In this document: one piece after another, positions 55,079 to 64,000 of the stretch | How the letters are laid out: each line of letters begins with the position of its first letter | How positions within the stretch are numbered: position 1 is the stretch's first letter | DNA from: Ruminococcus sp. UBA3280 | GTDB taxonomy: Bacteria > Bacillota > Clostridia > Oscillospirales > Ruminococcaceae | Reading direction: 5' to 3' | Length of the DNA: 64,000 nucleotides | NCBI GenBank assembly: GCA_002362175.1 | Contig: DETU01000082.1 | Coordinates: forward strand, 19,233 to 83,232 | The notes under the pieces: model-generated | Databases searched by the model: none | What the model saw: the letters and a program-made list of their open reading frames with translations, nothing else | What the model was told of the DNA's origin: nothing | Translations under genes and position numbers: made by a program

Positions 55079-57712
55079 ATGCAATGGACCGGACTTAATG
55101 AACTTCGTGAAAAATATCTTTCATTTTTTGAGAGTAAGAATCATACAAGAATGGCAAGTGCCTCACTTGTTCCACAGGGTGACAAAAGCCTTCTGCTTAT
55201 AAATTCAGGTATGGCACCCCTTAAAAAGTATTTTCTCGGACAGGCTGTACCGCCTAACAAGAGAGTTACAACCTGTCAGAAATGTATAAGAACGCCCGAC
55301 ATTGAAAGCGTCGGCAAGACCGCACGTCACGGCACTTATTTTGAAATGCTCGGTAACTTCTCGTTTGGTGACTATTTTAAGAATGAAGCTGTTGAATGGG
55401 CTTGGGAATTCCTCACCAAAACTCTTGAAATTCCTGCTGACAAACTTTGGATTACTATTTTTGAAAGTGATGACGAGGCTGAACAGATTTGGGAAAATAA
55501 AATCGGTATTCCTCATGACAGAATAATCCGTCTTGGTAAAAAGGATAATTTCTGGGAACATGGTTCAGGTCCTTGCGGTCCTTGTTCTGAAATTCACTTT
55601 GACCGTGTTGCAGGTGGCAGAAAGCTTGACCGTGCGGAATTTGAAGCAGAGGGTGACAAGGACAATATTATTGAAATATGGAATCTTGTATTCAGCCAGT
55701 TCGATAGTGACGGCAACGGTAATTATGCCGAAATGAAAAACAAGAACATTGATACGGGTATGGGTCTTGAAAGACTTGCCTGTGTAATGCAGGGTGTTGA
55801 CAATATTTTTGAAGTTGATACCGTTCAGAATATAATGAAGCACGTTTCTGAATTTGCAGGTGTAACATATAAGACAAATCCGAAAACAGACGTTTCGCTC
55901 CGTGTAATTACCGACCATATCAGAAGTACTACTTTTATGGTAGGTGACGGGATTATGCCGTCCAACGAGGGCAGGGGATATGTTCTCAGGAGACTCCTCA
56001 GACGTGCCGCACGTCATGGCAGACTTTTAGGTATTAAAAAGCCTTTCCTCTGTGAAGTTGCTGACACCGTTATAAACGAAAATGCAGGTGCATATCCTGA
56101 ACTCGCCGAAAAGAGAGACTATATAAAGAAGATTATCGGTGTTGAAGAAGAAGCTTTTGCAAAGACTGTTGACAAGGGTTCTGAACTTCTTGCACAGTTT
56201 ACAGAGAAGCTTTCCGCAGAAAATAAAACCGTTCTTTCAGGTGACGACGCTTTCAGGCTTTCAGATACCTACGGTTTCCCGATAGACCTCACAATTGAAA
56301 TATGTGAGGAAAAGGGTCTCACAGTTGATACAGAACGTTTCACCGAACTTGCAAAGGAACAGCGTGCAAAGGCTAAGGCTGACCACCTTGCTAAAGCTGG
56401 TTCTTCATGGGCAGACAACAGTATTAAGGTTGAAGCTCCTGCAACAGTATTTACAGGTTACACGGATAATGAAGCAGATTCAGAAGTACTCGCTGTATAT
56501 AAGGACGGTCAGGAAATTGAAATAGCCGTTGAGGGTGATAACGTAGTTGTAGTTCTTGATAAAACTCCTTTCTATGCTGAAAGCGGTGGACAGGTCGGTG
56601 ATACAGGTGTAATTTCAACCGGTGCAGACGTTGTTACGGTTCTTGATACTATAAAGTTTGAAGGACATTTCATGCATATTGCAGAAGTAACAGCAGGAAG
56701 TATCTCAAAGGGCGACAAGGTAAAGGCACAGATTGATGTAAACCGTCGCCGTGCAATTATGAGAAATCATACATCTGCACACCTGCTCCAATATGCACTC
56801 AGACAGATTCTCGGTGACCATGTTCATCAGGCTGGTCAGCTTGTAAATGACAAGGCTTGCCGTTTTGACTTCAATCATTTCAGTGGACTTACCGAAGATG
56901 AAATAGCACAGGTTGAGAATTATGTAAATAGTGAAATTATGAAGGCTGTTCCCGTTACTATGGAGGAAATGCCGATTGAAGAAGCTAAGAAACTTGGTGC
57001 TATGGCACTTTTCGGTGAGAAGTACGGTGATACCGTAAGAGTAGTTACAGCAGGGGATTCAATTGAATTTTGTGGCGGTACTCATATCGGAAATACTTCG
57101 GAAATCGGACTTTTCAGAATAGTTTCCGAAAGTTCTGTAGCAGCAGGTGTGAGACGTATTGAAGCCGTTACGGGTATGGGTATAATAGAACTTCTCAACG
57201 GTTACAGAAATACAATTCTTAAATCAGCAAAGGCACTCAAGCTTGCAAACGTTACGGAATTGCCTGAAAAGTGTGCGTCTGTATTTGTCGAATCAAAGGA
57301 AAAGGACAGGAAGATTGAAAGTCTCAGTCAGCAGATTGCAAACGCCAAGATTTCATCTGTTTTTGACAACGCTAAGGAAGTAAACGGTGTCAAGCTTGTT
57401 TCCGCAAGAATGGACGGCTCTGCTCCCGACGCTCTCCGCAAACTCGGTGACAGCGTAAAGGACAGAAATGAGGCTGTTATAGCATTGTTTGCAGGAATTA
57501 CGGGTGAAAAAGGCACTCTTTACTGCGTATGTACAAAGGAAGCTGTTGCAAAGGGTGCTAACGCAGGAAAGATTGTACGTGAGATTTCTGCTCTTACAGG
57601 CGGTAAGGGCGGTGGAAAGCCCGACAGTGCTATGGCAGGTATCGGCGACATATTAAAGACCGATTCTGCTATGAATGAGTTTGTGTTCATTGCAGGCGGA
57701 TTCATAAAATAA
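55079..57712 (+). CDS. alaS: Alanine--tRNA ligase
   Basis: NSGMAPLK, CQKCIR, RHGTYFEMLGNFSFGDYFK, IDTGMGLER, H...HLL, FCGGTH, GKGGGK. Confidence 0.98.
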   Translation: MQWTGLNELREKYLSFFESKNHTRMASASLVPQGDKSLLLINSGMAPLKKYFLGQAVPPNKRVTTCQKCIRTPDIESVGKTARHGTYFEMLGNFSFGDYFKNEAVEWAWEFLTKTLEIPADKLWITIFESDDEAEQIWENKIGIPHDRIIRLGKKDNFWEHGSGPCGPCSEIHFDRVAGGRKLDRAEFEAEGDKDNIIEIWNLVFSQFDSDGNGNYAEMKNKNIDTGMGLERLACVMQGVDNIFEVDTVQNIMKHVSEFAGVTYKTNPKTDVSLRVITDHIRSTTFMVGDGIMPSNEGRGYVLRRLLRRAARHGRLLGIKKPFLCEVADTVINENAGAYPELAEKRDYIKKIIGVEEEAFAKTVDKGSELLAQFTEKLSAENKTVLSGDDAFRLSDTYGFPIDLTIEICEEKGLTVDTERFTELAKEQRAKAKADHLAKAGSSWADNSIKVEAPATVFTGYTDNEADSEVLAVYKDGQEIEIAVEGDNVVVVLDKTPFYAESGGQVGDTGVISTGADVVTVLDTIKFEGHFMHIAEVTAGSISKGDKVKAQIDVNRRRAIMRNHTSAHLLQYALRQILGDHVHQAGQLVNDKACRFDFNHFSGLTEDEIAQVENYVNSEIMKAVPVTMEEMPIEEAKKLGAMALFGEKYGDTVRVVTAGDSIEFCGGTHIGNTSEIGLFRIVSESSVAAGVRRIEAVTGMGIIELLNGYRNTILKSAKALKLANVTELPEKCASVFVESKEKDRKIESLSQQIANAKISSVFDNAKEVNGVKLVSARMDGSAPDALRKLGDSVKDRNEAVIALFAGITGEKGTLYCVCTKEAVAKGANAGKIVREISALTGGKGGGKPDSAMAGIGDILKTDSAMNEFVFIAGGFIK

Positions 57713-57770
57713 TAATTATTTCGGTGCGGACGTTTTGTCCGTACCGGATACAATAAAAAGGAGAAAAGTT

Positions 57771-58124
57771 ATGGATTGTTTATTCTGTAAGATAATCAGC
57801 GGAGAAATTCCGAGTACAAAGGTATATGAAGATGATTATGTATTTGCGTTCAGGGATATTGCACCTATCGCACCCGTTCATGACCTTGTAATCCCGAAAA
57901 AGCACATCTGTTGTGCGAATGAAATAAGTGAAGAAAATTCTTCTTATGTGGCTAAGATTTTTGAGGCTATACCAAAGGTTGCAAAGGCTGAGGGAATTGA
58001 AAGCTACAGAATTATCAGCAATTGCGGTGATGATGCAGGTCAGACAGTAAAACATCTGCATTTTCATGTTTTAGGCGGTGTAAAAATGGGCTGGGGTGCT
58101 GATTCTCTCGGCAAGACAGAGTAA
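57771..58124 (+). CDS. Histidine triad (HIT) nucleotide-binding protein
   Basis: DCLFCKI..GEIP, AGQTV.HLHFHVLGG. Confidence 0.93.
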   Translation: MDCLFCKIISGEIPSTKVYEDDYVFAFRDIAPIAPVHDLVIPKKHICCANEISEENSSYVAKIFEAIPKVAKAEGIESYRIISNCGDDAGQTVKHLHFHVLGGVKMGWGADSLGKTE

Positions 58125-58136
58125 GGAGGGACGGCT

Positions 58137-58673
58137 TTGAGTACTTATAAGATGACAATTGCAGGTCTTGAAAGAGAGTTGACGCTTTGTCCGCTTAATG
58201 ATAAAGTGAGTATCGGTGCTTTTATAATGTTCTCCGACGTTGAATTGACTGTTGTTTGTGCAGAGGAACTTCTTAAAAAGTGCGGTGAGTTTGATGTGAT
58301 TCTTACTGCTGAATCAAAGGGCATACCGCTTGCTTACGAAATGTCGAGACAGTGCGGAAAACCGTATGTTGTTGCAAGAAAATCAGTGAAACTTTATATG
58401 ACAGAACCGCTTTCGGTTTCGGTCAAGTCAATTACTACAGCAAACGTGCAGACCCTTTATCTTTCACAGGAAAAGGCTTCAATGCTCAAAGGAAAGAGAA
58501 TTCTCATAGTTGACGATGTTGTAAGTACGGGAGAGTCGTTTACCGCACTCGGAAAACTTGCAGAAGAAGCAGGCGGAAACGTTGTAAAATATTCTGCTGT
58601 TCTCGCAGAGGGCGACGCAGCGGACAGAAACGATATAGTATTCCTTGAAAAATTACCGCTTTTCTTTAAATAA
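58137..58673 (+). CDS. Purine phosphoribosyltransferase family protein (APRT-like)
   Basis: AESKGIP, VARK, LIVDDVVSTGES PRPP-binding motif. Confidence 0.85.
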   Translation: MSTYKMTIAGLERELTLCPLNDKVSIGAFIMFSDVELTVVCAEELLKKCGEFDVILTAESKGIPLAYEMSRQCGKPYVVARKSVKLYMTEPLSVSVKSITTANVQTLYLSQEKASMLKGKRILIVDDVVSTGESFTALGKLAEEAGGNVVKYSAVLAEGDAADRNDIVFLEKLPLFFK

Positions 58674-58685
58674 GGTATATCAGAA

Positions 58686-60773
58686 ATGAAGCGAAAAATG
58701 ATTGCTATTACGGCAGGGTATTTGTCGGGATTGTTTTTCGCTTCCTTTTTTACAGATTTATGGCACTTGCTGATTCCGTTCGGAATTTTTCTCGTGTTTG
58801 TACTGATTGGAAAACAAAAAGGATTTTCAATAAATGACTTTGCAATAGTTGCGGTATCATTTGCACTTTCTTTCATGTCGGGTGAAACGTATACGCATTT
58901 TGTTTACAATGATATTATTTCATATGACAATAAAGCGGGTAGTTTTTCGGGTGTTGTAGAAGATTATGACTGTTATGACAATGATAAGGCGCGTTATATT
59001 ATCAATGGAAAGATAAACGGTGTCCGCAAAGCAAAAATTTCTTTTTACAGTGATATTCTTGATGTTGATTATGGTGACACGGTCAGTATCGGGAACTGTA
59101 CTTTTAGAAAAATATCGGGTGACTACCTTTTTGACAGCGAAAATTATTATAAATCGGACAGAATTTTTCTTACAGCAGAAAATGCAGACGGTATTATAAC
59201 TGAAAATGTTGATTCCCGAAAAATCAAGAATTTTCTTATGAGTTACAGGGAAAAGATTATTTCTGATTTCCGTATTACTCTTGGTGACGACTGTGGTGGT
59301 TTTCTTGCCGGAATGGTTTTCGGAGAGAAAAGTATTTTAGACAGCAGTGTGAAAATTTCCCTTTACCGCACAGGAATAGGTCATGTAATGGCTGTATCGG
59401 GACTGCATATATCCGTCATGGCAATGTTTGTGATGATGATTCTTGATTTTATGAAAATAAATAAATTTTTGTCGTTCGGACTTGTCAATATATTTATGGT
59501 TTTCATGGTAACTATGGCGAATTATCCCGTTTCGGCAATAAGGGCGATGATAATGATTGATATTGCCTTTTCTGCAAAGTTATTTCTTTGTCAGAATGAC
59601 ACTTTTAACTCTCTTGCCATAGCGGTTCTTATGATATGTCTTGAAAATCCGTATGTCATATATAGTTCAGGTTTTTGGCTGTCTGTTGTCGGGACTTTCG
59701 GAATAGGCGTATTTGCACCTTACATGGTGAAAAATCTTCCGAATGTTAAAATTTATAATAGGATAATCCGTCTGTTTCTTACAATGTTATGTACATCACT
59801 TGCCATAATACCTGTGAGTATGATTTATTTTGACGAAATATCGGTAATATCTCCGCTGATTAATATATTTGTTGTCCCTATGTGTTCATTCTGTATGGTA
59901 CTCGGAATGGTATACACAATTACAGGTGGTTTTATAATACCTGTGCTTCAGTCGGCAGGTGGAATAATAAAGATAATTCTTTTTATTGTCGGAAAAGTTT
60001 CGGATTTTAAATTTACATACATTTTATGCGGAAATGATATTGTCTTAAAAATTGCATTGATATGTGCGGTAACGGTTATTATGGTAAAAGTTGCGACTGA
60101 AAACAGAAAATATATAGCCATTTCAATAGCGTTGACTGTCTGCATTACTGTTTGCGGTTCGTCTTTTTACAGAAGTATTAGCCGTGACGTTTTCACTGTT
60201 GCCGTACTTGGTAAGGGTAACAACGCTTCTGCTGTCATATCATATAAGAGCAGGAATTATGTTATTGACCTTAGCGGTCATTATAAAAATCCGCAGTATG
60301 TAGGTAAATATCTTTCAGAAAACGATATTGAAAGTGTTGATTGTATTCTGCTTACAAGTAATATACATTCTCTTTATTCGTCATATTCTTCGGAACTTGA
60401 GTCCACAGATATTGATAACTGGTTTGTCACGGGGAATACTGTTCCGTATAAGAATGGAAATTTTACATTTTTTGACGATAACGGCTGTCAGATAGAAAAC
60501 AGTGACTATAAAATCAGTTATGACGGTGAAGCCTTAAAAATTACTTTCGGGAAGTCGGAAATGTGCCTGATTTCCGCAAAAAGCGAAGTTCCTGCAAATA
60601 GCGGACTTAATGTATTTTACGGCAATATTCCGAAAGACAGTGAAATGATGTGCGACGGAAAAAGTATTTATCTTGACGAAAAGGAAGCGGTTTCATATCA
60701 GTATGCAGGTATGAATAATTTTAAAACGGAAATGTCCGCAGACGGAACATATAAAATAATTGAAATGAAGTGA
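58686..60773 (+). CDS. comEC: ComEC/Rec2 DNA uptake channel
   Basis: G.GHVMAVSGLHIS, SAIRA.IM, NPY...S.GF.LS; precedes holA. Confidence 0.85.
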   Translation: MKRKMIAITAGYLSGLFFASFFTDLWHLLIPFGIFLVFVLIGKQKGFSINDFAIVAVSFALSFMSGETYTHFVYNDIISYDNKAGSFSGVVEDYDCYDNDKARYIINGKINGVRKAKISFYSDILDVDYGDTVSIGNCTFRKISGDYLFDSENYYKSDRIFLTAENADGIITENVDSRKIKNFLMSYREKIISDFRITLGDDCGGFLAGMVFGEKSILDSSVKISLYRTGIGHVMAVSGLHISVMAMFVMMILDFMKINKFLSFGLVNIFMVFMVTMANYPVSAIRAMIMIDIAFSAKLFLCQNDTFNSLAIAVLMICLENPYVIYSSGFWLSVVGTFGIGVFAPYMVKNLPNVKIYNRIIRLFLTMLCTSLAIIPVSMIYFDEISVISPLINIFVVPMCSFCMVLGMVYTITGGFIIPVLQSAGGIIKIILFIVGKVSDFKFTYILCGNDIVLKIALICAVTVIMVKVATENRKYIAISIALTVCITVCGSSFYRSISRDVFTVAVLGKGNNASAVISYKSRNYVIDLSGHYKNPQYVGKYLSENDIESVDCILLTSNIHSLYSSYSSELESTDIDNWFVTGNTVPYKNGNFTFFDDNGCQIENSDYKISYDGEALKITFGKSEMCLISAKSEVPANSGLNVFYGNIPKDSEMMCDGKSIYLDEKEAVSYQYAGMNNFKTEMSADGTYKIIEMK

Positions 60774-60779
60774 TTTTTT

Positions 60780-61841
60780 ATGCCTCAGACAGACTCAAAA
60801 ACAGTTTCAGCACGTCTTAAAAAAGGTGAAATTGATAATCTCTACTATTTGTACGGACAGAATGTAACAGAAGTTGAAAAGCTTACAAAGAAGATTATAA
60901 AAACGACAGTCGGTGAAAATGAAGATTTTGCACTTACCCGACTGAACGGTAAAAAGCTTGATTTTTCCGAACTTAGCGACATGATACAGATGATGCCGAT
61001 GATGTCGGAATATAACTGTATTCTTATCAATGACTATAACTGTGAAAAGCCCCGTGAGGAAATGCACGGACAGACCGCCGATACCCTGAATAAAAAACTT
61101 ATTGAGACAATTAAGGAAGTCTCTCCGCAGACGGTAATTATATTTAATGTAACGGGTTTTGAAGTCAGGACAAAAAAGGGTAAGATAACCGACAAAAACA
61201 AGAAACTTGCTGATTTTGTAGCAAAAAACGGTACAGTCTGTGAAATGGGTCTGCTGTCCGCTTCGGAAATGTCCAAATTCATTATTACGGAAGTTTCGGC
61301 AAAAGGCGGAATTATTTCTACCGCAAATGCAAGGGAGCTTGCTGATATGTGTCTTTATGATATGCTTGCGGTTGAAAACGAAATTGACAAGTTATGTGCC
61401 TATGTTCAGGGAAAAGAAATAACAAGGGAAGTACTTGAAATGCTTGTCCACCGTCAGAGCAGTGTCACCGTTTTCAATCTTGCCGACGCTGTTTCGTCCT
61501 TTAACAGACAGGAAGCTTTCAATGCTCTTGACGAACTTATGACAGATAAAAATAACCGTGGCAGTGTTCTTGCAAATATAACAAACTCTTTTCTTGACCT
61601 TTACAGAGCATCATGTGCGAGAAATGCGGGAAAAAGCACAGCTGATGTTATGAGTGACTATTCTTATATATGGGAATTTAAAGTCAGGAACGCTTTTAGA
61701 GATTCTTCACGAATGAGTACGGCAAGAATACGTTCATGTATAAAAATTCTGCGTGACACGGCTGTTCAGCTTAATTCAACCGCAATTGATGAAAAAATAG
61801 TGCTTGAACAGGCGGTCACAAAAATGCTTATGACTAAATAA
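60780..61841 (+). CDS. holA: DNA polymerase III delta subunit
   Basis: LYYLYG, MPMMSE, NEIDKL..Y, VF.LADA; conserved comEC-holA synteny. Confidence 0.85.
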   Translation: MPQTDSKTVSARLKKGEIDNLYYLYGQNVTEVEKLTKKIIKTTVGENEDFALTRLNGKKLDFSELSDMIQMMPMMSEYNCILINDYNCEKPREEMHGQTADTLNKKLIETIKEVSPQTVIIFNVTGFEVRTKKGKITDKNKKLADFVAKNGTVCEMGLLSASEMSKFIITEVSAKGGIISTANARELADMCLYDMLAVENEIDKLCAYVQGKEITREVLEMLVHRQSSVTVFNLADAVSSFNRQEAFNALDELMTDKNNRGSVLANITNSFLDLYRASCARNAGKSTADVMSDYSYIWEFKVRNAFRDSSRMSTARIRSCIKILRDTAVQLNSTAIDEKIVLEQAVTKMLMTK

Positions 61842-61853
61842 CGGAGGATTCCG

Positions 61854-62453
61854 ATGATAAAAATTAATCAAGCGATAATTGTTGAGGGGAAATATGACAA
61901 GATAAAACTTTCTTCAATTGTTGATGCTGTAATAATAGTTACAAACGGGTTCGGGATTTTCAGAGACAGGGAAAAACTTGAACTTATCCGCTACTATGCA
62001 CAGAAAACAGGTATAATAATACTTACCGATTCAGACAGTGCGGGACGAAAAATACGAGGTTATATAAAAGGTGCGGTAAAAAAGGGAAGAATAATCAATG
62101 TATATATTCCCGACGTTTTCGGCAAGGAAAAGAGAAAGGAAAAACCGTCGGCAGAGGGTAAGCTGGGTGTTGAGGGCATAGACGTTAAAACGCTTGTTTC
62201 GGCGTTTGAAAAATCGGGTGTAACAGCTTCTGAAAGTAACCGAAAATCAGATATAACAAAGTTAACGCTTTATGAACTCGGACTCAGCGGAGGAAATGAA
62301 AGTAAAAAATTACGGGAAAGGCTTCAGAAAAGTCTCGGACTTCCTTCACTTATGTCTTCGGGGTCGTTTGTTGAGGTTCTGAATACTATGATGGACAGCA
62401 CTGAACTTGCTGAATATATCAAAGAGATTAAGGAGAAAGATGATGTTATATAG
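61854..62453 (+). CDS. Toprim + DUF4093 protein (ribonuclease M5-like)
   Basis: IIVEGKYD, IILTDSD.AG..IR, GKLGVEG, LGLSG. Confidence 0.82.
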   Translation: MIKINQAIIVEGKYDKIKLSSIVDAVIIVTNGFGIFRDREKLELIRYYAQKTGIIILTDSDSAGRKIRGYIKGAVKKGRIINVYIPDVFGKEKRKEKPSAEGKLGVEGIDVKTLVSAFEKSGVTASESNRKSDITKLTLYELGLSGGNESKKLRERLQKSLGLPSLMSSGSFVEVLNTMMDSTELAEYIKEIKEKDDVI

Positions 62454-63822
62454 CAGTTTGCTGTTTATATACGGATTTTTGCCGTTATCGCTTCTTGTTT
62501 ATATTATTACACCTGAAAGTATGAAAAAAAACGTGCTTTTTTTTCTCAGTATGATATTCTGTGCGTTGAACAGTCTGAAATTTCTTGAATTTATGCTAAT
62601 CTATACGGTTGTAAACTATATAGCAGGAGCATTAATATGGATACTGCGTGACAAAAAAATTCTTTCCGCCGTACCTATGCTTTTCGGAGTATCTTTTGAT
62701 ATAATTATGATATTCATGTTCAGAACGAAATCGTTTTCCTTTCTCAGAAAAAACTTTCATATACCTGAGGAATTTTTTCCTATCGGAATATCGTTTTTCA
62801 CATTATCGGCAGTGGGGTATCTTATTGATATTTACAGAAAACGTATGCGTGCGGAGCGTGATTTGATAAAATTCGGACTTTATATAATGATGTTTCCGAG
62901 AATAATAATGGGACCTGTTATAAGATATAATACTTTTAAGAAGATGCTTAAAGGTCGTAAGTCTGATTTATCGGAGATAGGTATGGGATTTACAATTTTT
63001 GTAAAGGGACTTGTTAAAAAGGTGATTGCCGCCGATACTATGTATATGCTTTATAATGCGGTAAAAAGCGTTGATATATGGGAAATGCCTGCCCTTAATG
63101 CATGGCTCGGAATGACAGCATATCTGCTTTGTCTCTATTTTACGCTTTCCGGTTTTGCGGATATGGGTACAGGTGTAGGCTACTGTTTCGGATTCAGATT
63201 TCCGCAGAGTTTCAACTATCCCGTTTTCAGTACAAAAATACGTGATTTTGCGGGAAACTGGCACGTTCAGATAATATACTGGTTCAGACGTTATCTTTCA
63301 AAGCCTTTATGTGAACTTTGCAGGGGACGTGTTTATAAGAAAATCATATTTATACTTGCATGGTGTGCGGTCGGATTCTGGTACAGATTTGACATAAACG
63401 GCTTTTTATGGGGATTTTTCATTGGTTTGTCAGTTGTTATCGAAAAATTTCTCGGACGTATGAAACTTCTTAAAGCTACAGGAATAATTTACACTTATGC
63501 GGTAACAATGATATGTGCGGTATTTCTTTCAGGGGAAAACGTTTCATATTCACTTCACTATCTTCTTGCCATGCTTGGTGGAAACAAAGTTTTTGCAGAT
63601 TCACAGACGTTTTATCTGCTGAAATATTATATAGTATTGTTGCTGATATGTATGTACTTTTCGACAAATCTTTTCAGGAATATGCTTATGCGTTCAGGAA
63701 AGACAAAACTAAGAATTGTTATGGGAATATTTTCCCCCTTAATAACTGTGTTGCTTTTCGCAGTATGTACGGCACTTATTTCCTATAACGGAAACTCAGG
63801 AATGATTCTGATGAAACTTTAG
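62440..63822 (+). CDS. MBOAT family (AlgI/PatA-like) membrane protein with a degenerate active site
   Basis: P.GISFFT...GY.IDIY, MFP....GP..RY, GL.KKV.AD, FP.SFN.P; GFWY where the family has GLWH. Confidence 0.85.
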   Translation: MMLYSSLLFIYGFLPLSLLVYIITPESMKKNVLFFLSMIFCALNSLKFLEFMLIYTVVNYIAGALIWILRDKKILSAVPMLFGVSFDIIMIFMFRTKSFSFLRKNFHIPEEFFPIGISFFTLSAVGYLIDIYRKRMRAERDLIKFGLYIMMFPRIIMGPVIRYNTFKKMLKGRKSDLSEIGMGFTIFVKGLVKKVIAADTMYMLYNAVKSVDIWEMPALNAWLGMTAYLLCLYFTLSGFADMGTGVGYCFGFRFPQSFNYPVFSTKIRDFAGNWHVQIIYWFRRYLSKPLCELCRGRVYKKIIFILAWCAVGFWYRFDINGFLWGFFIGLSVVIEKFLGRMKLLKATGIIYTYAVTMICAVFLSGENVSYSLHYLLAMLGGNKVFADSQTFYLLKYYIVLLLICMYFSTNLFRNMLMRSGKTKLRIVMGIFSPLITVLLFAVCTALISYNGNSGMILMKL

Positions 63823-63837
63823 GAGGATTTAAGTATT

Positions 63838-64000
63838 ATGAAAATATCCAGACTTTCAGACAGAATAACAGCGGTCATTATGATTGTTTTTATATTCTCT
63901 TTTCTGATACTTACCGTTCTTGAAAAAAAAGACGATTATTCATTAAGTGAAAACCGCAGTCTTGCTTCTATGCCCCGTCCCTCAAAGGAATCACTTTCAA
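63838..64000 (+). CDS. DHHW-family (AlgJ/PatB-like) protein, 5' part (partial)
   Basis: AGGAGG RBS, N-terminal TM, then S..ENR.LA..P, directly after the MBOAT gene. Confidence 0.65.
   Translation, partial: MKISRLSDRITAVIMIVFIFSFLILTVLEKKDDYSLSENRSLASMPRPSKESLS

Noticed and set aside
57721-57747. Hairpin between alaS and the HIT gene (similar one at 19646-19662 before mnmA) as an ncRNA
   Set aside because: Single short stem-loops with a normal SD downstream; most simply ordinary mRNA-stabilising or weak terminator elements.

Overview
This is a 64 kb core-chromosome segment from a low-GC Firmicute. It is most likely a Ruminococcus (Oscillospiraceae), inferred from the R. flavefaciens-style dockerin, the gene order and the sigma-A promoters. 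Most genes are on the + strand. In order, the window holds: a UDPGP-type uridylyltransferase, ldh and two MATE transporters; two back-to-back ECF sigma/anti-sigma pairs; a short MocR regulator followed by a BirA-box/bioY unit; a P-type ATPase and ackA; a tRNA/rRNA-modification cluster (tmcAL, mnmA, m6A37 methyltransferase, rsmI); a TIM-barrel/acyl-CoA ligase fusion; an AT-rich EVE-like gene; a dockerin-bearing C1A peptidase with comEA; a sugar ABC importer behind a ~300 nt structured leader; the complete spoIIIAA-AH operon; the asp23-nusB-xseAB-ispA-dxs-tlyA-nadK-argR-recN operon, extended by an orphan hsdS and dtd; a sporulation-type PBP; an SPFH/RHH pair; alaS; and comEC-holA followed by an MBOAT-DHHW pair. 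I saw no rRNA, tRNA, CRISPR, transposase or integrase. The best leads are regulatory: the ABC leader RNA, a miniature T-box-like attenuator before alaS with no room for stem I, SD-hairpin-ATG start sites on both ispA and dxs, and an internal start in an anti-sigma gene. The orphan hsdS and an MBOAT lacking its catalytic His are also notable. All calls come from reading motifs by eye; no database search or folding program was run.
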